A stretch of 63,996 nt of DNA, the filler included, from Intoshia linei (Eukaryota > Animalia > Orthonectida), in the NCBI GenBank assembly GCA_001642005.1. It is 12 parts of 12 records of this genome, joined end to end, with 100 filler letters (N's around TTAATTAATTAA, not from the genome) between each part and the next. Parts side by side here need not be neighbours in the genome. Positions count along the whole stretch, not along the records: positions 53,313 to 55,992 come from LWCA01002245.1; positions 56,093 to 57,291 come from LWCA01002724.1; positions 57,392 to 58,511 come from LWCA01002776.1; positions 58,612 to 61,671 come from LWCA01002189.1; positions 61,772 to 62,878 come from LWCA01002784.1; positions 62,979 to 63,996 come from LWCA01002850.1; 6 more parts are not named here. One strand, 5' to 3'. The notes under the pieces are model-generated. The model saw only the letters and a program-made list of their open reading frames with translations. It did not search any database and was not told the origin of the DNA. Shown here in pieces: positions 54,350-63,996 of the stretch. Every line of letters begins with the position of its first letter. The stretch's first letter is position 1. A program made the translations under genes and the position numbers.

Positions 54350-55990
54350 CAAAAAAACTTTTTGCGAATATTAATATGTTTTAGTTATTCCTGGATGAGA
54401 AAAAATCAATGATTCATGATAATATTCTATAATACTTTGTACACTACACTCGGGAACAATAATCAATTTTATTCTTTTATTATTAAAATATACTGTTATT
54501 TATAACAATAATTCTATCATATTTTAACCATGGATTATTTTCAGAAATATTTCCATAATCAACGATTTCTTTAAGATAAGGGTCTTCTTGAATTTGTTGT
54601 ACATTTAACTTATTATGTTGAATCGATCTTACCATATCATTAGGTATCCGAGATAATAAGTCTGCTGTATAATTAATTAATCCTGGACGATAAGTTATTG
54701 TATAATTAAACTCATCCAATTTTAGCATCCATCGGACAAATTCACTAGATAAATTTTTCGAAGTACGCATATGCACTAAAGGATTATGATCTGTAATTAT
54801 TGTTACATGTTGACCCAATACATACGATTTGAATTTTTGTAAACTTTTAAGAACTGCCAATAATTCTTTCTTTGTGATCGAATAATATATTTCAGTTGGA
54901 GATAACTTTTTACTGAAATAGGCAATAACATGTCCATTCTGTAATAACACTGAACCAATGCCTATCATAGAAGCATCACACTCTAAAACATAATCAACTC
55001 CAATTTAAGTAGAGGAGCCGATGGGGTCTTTTTAACAATTCAAATGATCGAGTTTGCTCTAATGTCCAACTAAACTTCACATTTTTTTTTAATAATCGTG
55101 TCATAGGTTCTGATTTTTCAGAATAACAATGTATAAATTTTCTATAAAAATTGCACATACCCAAAAAACGACGCAAACGTTTAATAGTTGTAGGTATTGC
55201 TATATCATTAATTGACTCTATTTTTGACGTTTCAATAGTTACACCCTTATCAGTAACTACATGTCCCAAAATATTTAGTTCAGTAACCCCAAAAACACAT
55301 TTACTGGGTTTTACAGTCATTCCAGTTTCTTGAAGTGCATTAAAAACATCAATCAAATCAGATTTATGTTGCTCTTTAGAATACGATGCAACAATAATAT
55401 CATCTTAATAAATCATAACATTACCTAAATGACCAAAAATTTGATCCATTACACGTTGACATGTGGCTGGGGCATTCGTTAATCCCTGAGCCATTACTTT
55501 AAATTGAAAAAATTTTCCATCAAATGCAAATGCTGTCTTCCAACGGTCTTCTTTTGCAAGTGAAATTTGATAATACCCACTAGTTAAGTCTAATTTAGAA
55601 AAGATTTTTCGACCTTCTATAAAATTTAAACATGCTTGTAAACTAGGTGCTGGATATTTATCTTTAATGGTAATTACATTTAGATTATGATAATCAGCTA
55701 CCATTCTATGTGATTCATCCTTCTTTTTAACAAGAAAAAAATGGACTATTACTAGGCTCAATTACCTCTTCTTTTAACAACTTACTAATATAGGTTTTAT
55801 GTAATTCACGCAAGTTAATACAAGTAGGAAATGGTTTAACACTTTTAAAAATAGAATTCTTTATTAATTTAATCCTGTGTTGACCTATATTCGATCGACC
55901 TATTCGATTACAAATGACATTATTATATTTATTAACTCAAATTTTAAATTCATCATTTTATTGTTTGTTTTTACATTGTATATTCCTTAT
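54350..55990 (-). mobile_element. Gypsy/Ty3 LTR retrotransposon pol pseudogene (RT, RNase H, start of integrase)
   Basis: FSKLDLTSGYYQI, KTAF, GLTNAPATCQR, Y*DD, LRRFLGMCNFYRKFI, CDAS, IAYFSKKL, TDHNPL, ADLLSR; stops and frameshifts. Confidence 0.95.
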
Positions 55991-56092
55991 TTNNNNNNNN
56001 NNNNNNNNNNNNNNNNNNNNNNNNNNNNNNNNNNNNTTAATTAATTAANNNNNNNNNNNNNNNNNNNNNNNNNNNNNNNNNNNNNNNNNNNN

Positions 56093-56546
56093 GATCAGGA
56101 GTATATATTCTAACATGATTCCGCTTCATGTCACAAAGCCAAATCTATAACTTCATATTTGCAAAATGAAAGGATCCGTACTTGAATTGCTTGGAAATTC
56201 CATAGATATGAACCCAATTGAAAATGTGTTGGCACAATTGAAAGAGGAAGTTCATAGAATTCCAATAAGATCAAAATCGGAACTGATCATTCGCCTACAT
56301 ACAGTATGGAACAATTTCTCCTACTTTGAAAAAACTGTCAAAAAACTGTATTAATAGTATGCCACGGAGAATTATGGCTCTCATACATGCTAAAGGAGGA
56401 TTACAAAATATTAATTAATTTGAATATAACATAAATATATGTGTAACTTATTTTCAAAATTTTATTTAATTTCATCTACTCATTAGTGAATTAGTAACTA
56501 CAGAATATGTAAAACGCAATTATTATAATCTATTGAACAACACTGT
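56093..56546 (+). mobile_element. Tc1 3' half with right TIR, related to the 26925 element
   Basis: HDSASCHKAK, DMNPIEN, SMPRRI..GG.TKY; ends CTATTGAACAACACTG|TA; matching terminus also at ~61420. Confidence 0.85.
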
Positions 56547-58611
56547 AATATATATCATGATAAATATATATTTTTTTTATATTATTATTATTATTTTTTT
56601 GTATATTTAATATGTTTTATATTTAAAACTAAAAAATACTATTATTTATTGGTTTATAATCAATAAATCAAAAATTGTCTTTGATTATTCAAATTTAAAT
56701 GCTGAAAAAGAGGAAATAAGATAGTGTGCTGTATTTAAAAAAATTTCTGAAAAACAATGCTTTTGTAACAATTTCTATTCCAATTATAATAATTAATAAT
56801 CAATAATTATTGATGATAAGTTGATTGTAATTGATTTACTGTTGAAAATACGCAAAAAGCGAGGAAGATCACTAAAAACATCTAATAAATCCAATATCAT
56901 ATATTTTACTAAGATAAATAAGTAAATTATCATCCATAGTTAATAAATGTTTTTATCATAGTTTTGAGTAAGTAATAAAGCGGTTATTACATCTTTTTAT
57001 TGATAAAAATTGAATTTGGATTTGAAATTTAAAATCCCACCCTCGTAGATTTGGATACTGTTTATACATAAGTGAGTACATAACATTCAAGCTAGGAATT
57101 ACATTAATAAATTAACGTATGAAACAAGTTAACTATATATTATGTATAAATATTGAAGAAAATGATATAGTGGCGTTTAGACATATTTATTTATTATCAA
57201 AATGGATGGATGCATTATTATTAAATTAATTTACATGTAAAACATTCAAATTTAAATAAGAAACTAAAAAACTTTGTTAATATCATTTTTANNNNNNNNN
57301 NNNNNNNNNNNNNNNNNNNNNNNNNNNNNNNNNNNTTAATTAATTAANNNNNNNNNNNNNNNNNNNNNNNNNNNNNNNNNNNNNNNNNNNNTTTATCATA
57401 TATACTTTAATTAAATCATTATAATTTTTTGAAGATTATTTAGTTGATTCGATATCATTAATAAATTTGGTTAAAAAAATTTCTAAAAACACCCCTATAA
57501 AGTTTTGCTAAAAAAAATTTACTAAAAACTCCCCTATATAGTTTGGTTAAAAAAATAAAGTTTTACAAAATATTTACTGAGTATTACTGGTGGTTCTCAA
57601 ACGTGATAAGACAATCTACTGAGAACCACCAGTGGTTCTCAAACAGTGAAAGGGTTAAATACATTTTAATGAAAAAAAGTAATATGAACTCTCTATAAGC
57701 CGAGCTAGAAAATTGAACTGTGTTTGTTCTAATCGATTAATTTTTATAAAATTTATATACAGATATGTAAAATGTGACACAGATTCGTGACAGCTGAGTG
57801 TAGTTTTTTTGTATTATTAGTTTCTGAGTTTTAATTAATTAAAATAACCAAAATACTTTATTATCTTCAAAAAATAATGATTAGTCATAGAAACAATTAT
57901 TATTAGTGTTGAAATTCAACAAGTTAATTATACATGCAATGAAAAACAATTTAGCTTTCACTACATTTATATTAATAACAAATTAAACATTAACACCAAT
58001 TAAATATATTTTCACAGTGTCAATTTATTTATACATTTATTATTATTTTGATTTAGTTATATTTTTATTAGTCTTGTGTGAAATTAATGGGATGAAATTT
58101 ATCATTCCATTCTTTTTAATTCTCAATTCCATTATTTTATATACAATACATTTTTGCAATAAAAATATCACATTAAAGTTTTATTTCAATCCATCAAATT
58201 AATTGTATTAAATACGACACATAAAGATAATTTCATTCATTATTAGTATAAATATATTTATTTCAATACATCTCAATATTTTACATTGTGAGATCCAGTA
58301 TTATAATTTATAAATGTAAAAAATTTACAACAAATTTCTACCTACATAATAATTAAAACGCGTCTTAGAGTGTATGTTTTATTTAAAAAAAAGGGAAATT
58401 AAGTTTTTGACCCTGAAAAACTCAAATTCTGAAAATGAAATATAGATATCAACATCTCCTGCGAAAAACTGTATTAGAAATTGGGTTTTTTAATTCTACG
58501 ACTGTTAATTTNNNNNNNNNNNNNNNNNNNNNNNNNNNNNNNNNNNNNNNNNNNNTTAATTAATTAANNNNNNNNNNNNNNNNNNNNNNNNNNNNNNNNN
58601 NNNNNNNNNNN

Positions 58612-59424
58612 TATCATGTAACACTACCACGAAGGCAGATCAATTATAAAGCAAAATTTTTCGAAGTTGTAGACAATGTACTAGTTACTTTAAGAGAAAG
58701 ATTTGCTTTTATGGAAGAATACAATTTTTTCGAATTAATTGATATCACGAAATTCAATGAATTTTCTATTTTTTTTCTGGCTTATCATATATCGGCGTTG
58801 AACTCAATGTATCCTGATATTTTTGATATATCATCTTTAACTAGCAAATTAAAATATATATACGACGATGAAGATTTTAAGAAATGTAGCTCAATTCAGA
58901 AATTATTGGAATATATATATATATAACTGATTTATTAAATGTTTTACCAGAGAGTGTAAAATATATGGAATTNTGAAGATTTTAAGAAATGTAGCTCAAT
59001 TCAGAAATTATTGGAATATATATATATATATAACTGATTTATTAAATGTTTTACCAGAGAGTGTAAAATATATGGAATTATTACTCACTATATTTATAAC
59101 TTCGGTTTCTAATGATCGAAGTTTTTCGACGCTCAATAGAATTAGATCATATTTGAGGTGTACAATGGTGCAAGATAGACTATCCAGTATGGCCAGAATA
59201 TCTATTGAAAAGGAGATGTTAAAAGAAATGGAAATTAATGGAGAACTACATTCTCGGATTCTTGATGAGTTTGCCATTAAACCACGTTTATTAGAATATA
59301 TGTATAAATAATAGTTATAGATAATAAAATTTAATTAATTGTAGTGATATTAAGTTTATATATGTTTCGTTTCTATGGTACTGTGTTGAGCACCAGTAAC
59401 GTTTTGATCTCCGAGTCGCCACTG
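58612..59424 (+). mobile_element. hAT transposon 3' end
   Basis: Close copy of 49979-50488; terminus GAGTCGCCACTG. Confidence 0.9.
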
Positions 59425-59429
59425 ATTTA

Positions 59430-60360
59430 CACCTATATTTCTTTATTGGAAATAAATGACATTTAATATACATTTTTTTGAAATTATAGAATGATTATTT
59501 ACATTTTCAATTTTTATTTTAATCCAAATATTTGAAAAATATTGGTTTATAATATATTAAAAATTATTTTTTACTGAGAATGCGTTGATTTCTAGGGTTA
59601 TAAGAATAGTAGTCACAAGAGGAGAACATAAAAAGACTTATAGAAGAAAGATATAATACTTTTTTACCTTGGATTAAGATGTATCAAAATAATCTTTTTT
59701 ACTTGTACGACCGTTAATTAGAATTAAAATAAATGGTTTGTTTTTGTTAATAAAATAGTTTCGAAGTAAAAAAATGAATATTAAAGTGCTTTTTTGATCA
59801 TGAAGGCGTCACTTAATCAGATTGAAAATTTTTGTGTGTGTTAAGTGGTCATAACTATCATCCGTATTTTTTTTTAAATTCTTGTGCTGTTTTGATTTTT
59901 AAAAAAAAGGGTAATCTGGGTTTTTGACCGTGAAATTTATATTTTTTGAGGTTACCATTTAGGATAATGATTATAAATTTAAAAACCATTCCAGAATTTA
60001 TGTTGTATACAACTATTTTTACTTTCTGAATTTTTATAAAAAAGGGTAATGTGGGCATTGGCCGTGAAGATATATGCTTTTGAAATTGAAAATTATCATA
60101 TTATCATCAGATGATAATTATCACAGTATTGATGAATTTAAAACTTAATTAGAATGTTTTATTTTAATTTTTATAATTTAAGGACGGGTTTGAATTGGGG
60201 TATTTAACCTTAAAGGACTCAATTTCTGAAATTGAAATTTCCGATAAAACATTACTCTGCAAAAACTGTTATAAGAATTTCCCTTATATTTTTAAATAAA
60301 CTGGAACAAATAAATAAACAGACATACATTTATACCCATTTTACTTTATATAAGTAAGGA
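59430..60360 (-). mobile_element. Helitron-like family copy
   Basis: Ends TTACTTTATATAAGTAAGGA|T; body matches family. Confidence 0.65.
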
Positions 60361-61872
60361 TAACACAATTATGATTGCAAACATATTATTAAGTACAAAT
60401 AAAATGTCACTTTGGGTTCAGTTTTTTAATGTTAAATAATTTTAATAAATAAATATAAAAGATTTTTCTAGATCAATATTGAAATTGTAAGAGAAAATTT
60501 GTTGAAACGATATTACGACGAAAATCCAAAATTATCCAAGGTATTAATAATTAAATTATGACAAATATAATCCAATTTAGAAATTAAGAAAATATTTTCG
60601 TATTAAATCCCCATTAGTAAATAATTGACATTATAATTTAGGATGACCTACCTTTTCTGTCATTGGATTCATGTTTGTTTATGTTTGATGACAAAAGTAT
60701 ATATATTTATATACATTAACTTTTGTCCTTAAACACCTTTTTTAATGAGTATAATACGGCTGCCGGGACTTTTTTTGCTAAAAATATACTCTAATTAACA
60801 TTTTCTAACCATCAAAAAAACTTTTACATTTTTCAGTTTCTGTAATGTCAAATTTTCATATTAATATTACTATTATTATTAATATACTTTTTTGATTATA
60901 TTATTTACCGGTTTACGACCCTCTTAAAAATTTAAATTATTATTTGATCGAGTTCTTTTCTATAATTATTTTGCTTTTTTTTCTTTTGAATTATTACATA
61001 ATTATAAAAATAATTTTTCGAGTAAATTCGAGAGAAGTAAATATAACTTAAAAGTTGATTTTTGTAGTCAAAAAAATATTTACGAAAAAACATAATACGT
61101 TGAAACCATTGCCACTAGGGATTGGAATCGATTCCAAAAATCGGAGTCGCTTTGAATTCGACTCTTAAATATTTTATTAAAAATTCCTAATAAAGCTATA
61201 ATTCACCTTACATCATTTTTCTTAATCGTGAGTTCACTTAAAAAATCGGATCTCGTAATTTTATTCAATCTTTAAATTTTTTTAATATTTCGTAATTCGT
61301 TGTTTTAATAAAATCAAATCAAATTTTTACACTTACATCCCAATTGGCTAGGGAAAAATATACTATTAAATATTATTTCAATAATTCAATAACTTAATCC
61401 TAATTTTAACTAGGATATACAATGTTGTTCAATAGATTATAATAATTGTAAAAATTTTGTATTTATCATCATATATTTTGTATATTATAACCTAAATAAA
61501 ATGTTTGATCTAAATAAGTACTACCGATAAGTATTACATCGATTAAAAATATTATATGTTTTCTAAATTAATGTACACGTAGTAAGGATGGATTTAAGTC
61601 TATACGCGAAAAATTGTGTATTTAAGAAATATGTATCATAGTGAAGAAATCTTATAATAATACGATTTATCNNNNNNNNNNNNNNNNNNNNNNNNNNNNN
61701 NNNNNNNNNNNNNNNTTAATTAATTAANNNNNNNNNNNNNNNNNNNNNNNNNNNNNNNNNNNNNNNNNNNNGAGAATGACTACTATACATTATGACACTA
61801 TGATTTGGAGTAACTTTTTATTTGAAGATTAATAACAGAAAATGGAATAAGTGGTATTATATAAATATTTAG

Positions 61873-62878
61873 AACTCTTTGTGCCAATTACACCAACGAA
61901 GAATCGCAGAGAAAGAAAAGATTGATACGTCCATGGATTTTGATCCAAACGGAGAATATTTAGAATCCAAAATAAAATCTAGCTTAGATAAGACTAATCA
62001 GATGATTCCAAAAATTACCGATTTGGATAAATTTATTGATCAAGTTACCAAATTTGATTACATCAAAGTCAACAGCTATTGTCAACAAGTTTTTAAAATC
62101 AGTAATGAAATTCGTGAAGATACTAAAGAAATTGAGTAAATTTATAATTCTTTTTATTTCAAACCATTTCCAGTGAACTAATTAATGGACTTTAATTGTA
62201 TTAGTAGAGATCTTCAACAAGGTTCGAAGCGTGCTTCGAATTTGGTGTTGAGGTCGTGTTTCGAACCGTCTTGCAGAACTCTACTACCTTATGTATGTGT
62301 AGCTTTAAATAATATACATTAAGGTTGTTAGTTAATAAAATCAATAATTTTTTTAATATCTGAAATAAATCAGCGTTTTCGTAAGTATGATATTTCTTAC
62401 GGTGCTAAAATATAACAAAATACATAATAGCTTGGTAAAATCATTTTATCTATTTTGATAGATACATAGTATGTAATTTAATATTTTTAGTGACATACAA
62501 AAAATTATATCTGATAACGAAACTATAATTGTGAATTTGGGGAAAAAAATGACAAATACTCATAAGGATCTAGTGAATTTAAAGAAAACTACCGAAAGAC
62601 AACGAATGATGTACCCATTAATCAAAAAAGAAATTGAAATGCAATACAACAGTGAAAAGGCTATGAATGTTAAGTATGTTTAATTTAATTTATCCATTAT
62701 TAGGGTTATGAATTAATAGAGATTTCCGTTATCTATCTATCGATATACATATATCCTTAGTACACATTCATATTATCATTTTTTAATTTAAATTCAAAAA
62801 TGTAGGATAATGGAAGAACTAATAAACACGGAGGGTACATTATCAGTTTCCGAAGAGAATATGTCGTCTTTTGAAATT
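61873..62878 (+). CDS. Internal exons of a hypothetical helical protein (possibly also exons at 60472-60540 and 60642-60696)
   Basis: AG/GT-bounded open segments (LCQLHQRR...KEIE; ...KAMNVK|IMEELINTEG); no recognised domain; flanked by gaps. Confidence 0.4.
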
Positions 62879-62978
62879 NNNNNNNNNNNNNNNNNNNNNN
62901 NNNNNNNNNNNNNNNNNNNNNNTTAATTAATTAANNNNNNNNNNNNNNNNNNNNNNNNNNNNNNNNNNNNNNNNNNNN

Positions 62979-63915
62979 GGGCAATGAGGCATACAAACCT
63001 TGAATAGTTTCTAGAGGTACGCGGTCCCATTCTTTCTGTATAAATTTATAAAGTTCTTCTAAATTGGTTGGATGTAGCTTATAAACTTTATCTTTCAATA
63101 TTTTCCACATTTGTTCAATAATATTTAGATCTGGACTTTGCGCGGGTCGATCTTTTAATTTTTTATACAATTTACCCTGATAAATCGGCTGGTTATCTTT
63201 GCTGTGTGGCACGGTGCTCCATCTTGCTGCATCTTCACTCCATGGAAAAATTATTTGTCATTTGCTTTTCCAAGTATTCTCTGGTATTCTTGAGCGTTTA
63301 GTCCTTTTTAACATTTAATCAATATTCTTTTTCCATCTGCTGTAATACCTCTCCAAATCATAATTGATTGACTATGTTTTATGCTACTACTTGTGTACCG
63401 TAATAAAAACGTTGTTTTTTTGGATCTTCGTACGTATACTCTCCTTTTTGAAAACAATTCAAATCTACTTTCATCAGGAAAAGCTACATTTTGCCATTGG
63501 TTTGTTCATGCCACTTTTGCTTTACACCATTTTAAACGCTTTGATCTTTGAATTTTTTTTAGAAACGGTTTTTGACTTGCAATTCTTCCATATAATCCAA
63601 ATCTATATAATACACGTTGCACCGTAATCAAACTTGGATTTTTGGAATTATTCGAGTGGTGTTTAACCTCCAAAGCTGTCGAGAATGGATTTTTAATTGA
63701 TTCCCTTTTTATAATAGCCTCTTCCTTAAATGTTAGCATGCGTTTTCTACCTGATATTGGGAAGTCAGCTATGCCTAACCCCTTTTTATATTTTTTAATT
63801 ATATTTTGAACCGCACATTGGGACATTATTAAAGTTTTACTTATAAAAACCTTATTTTTTTTTCCTTGAATAAGGACACAACATTGCATCTTTTTTTATC
63901 ACTTATGCGCGTCAT
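62979..63915 (-). mobile_element. Tc1 transposase pseudogene (different family from 26925)
   Basis: HTH, SGRKR, TVQRVL..GLYGR..QKPFL, FPDESRF, MIWRGI, QQDGAPCH, PAQSPDLNIIEQMW; frameshifts. Confidence 0.9.
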
Positions 63916-63996
63916 TTACTAAAAAAATAATATTTTATTTATAGATCATTATATTTTAGTTTTTATTAAAATTTAATTTAGTTTAATTGAAATTAT

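Noticed and set aside
58868-59080. ~100-bp direct duplication in the hAT copy
   Set aside because: Copies are separated by a single N; most likely an overlapping contig-end artefact
28321-62978. Recurrent TTAATTAATTAA inside N-runs as a biological repeat or elimination signal
   Set aside because: Always centred in an identical 100-nt N spacer; it is a scaffolding linker with six-frame stops

Overview
Very AT-rich eukaryotic (animal-type) genomic DNA with compact genes whose introns are mostly GT-AG and 35-50 nt long. It is assembled from about 12 contigs joined by 100-nt artificial spacers (N44-TTAATTAATTAA-N44), so order across gaps is not guaranteed. Genes spliced by hand from the sequence: an orphan gene; a 159-aa gene resembling only the N-terminus of KATNIP; two tandem BPNT1-family phosphatases; a BRPF1/BRD1 scaffold with a degenerate bromodomain and no PWWP domain; a CDKL1-type kinase with an apparent ~82-aa N-terminal extension; an SLC35B4 fragment; an ELOVL elongase; PPME1; E2F4/5; LIPT2; a C-type-lectin-domain gene; and several fragments. 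Large introns and intergenic DNA are filled with a high-copy non-autonomous Helitron-like family, many nested MITEs (pogo/Tigger, hAT, Mutator, piggyBac-type) and decayed Tc1, pogo, piggyBac, hAT, hATm-like, Transib/Chapaev-like and Gypsy sequences. The architecture suggests a reduced parasitic invertebrate such as an orthonectid, which is inference only. The best candidates for new biology are an operon-like BPNT1a-BPNT1b-KATNIP-like cluster (82 and 129 bp spacers), a BPNT1 paralog with a remodelled substrate pocket, the reader-stripped BRPF1, the stand-alone KATNIP N-terminus and the extended CDKL. All homology calls come from recalled family motifs, not database searches.
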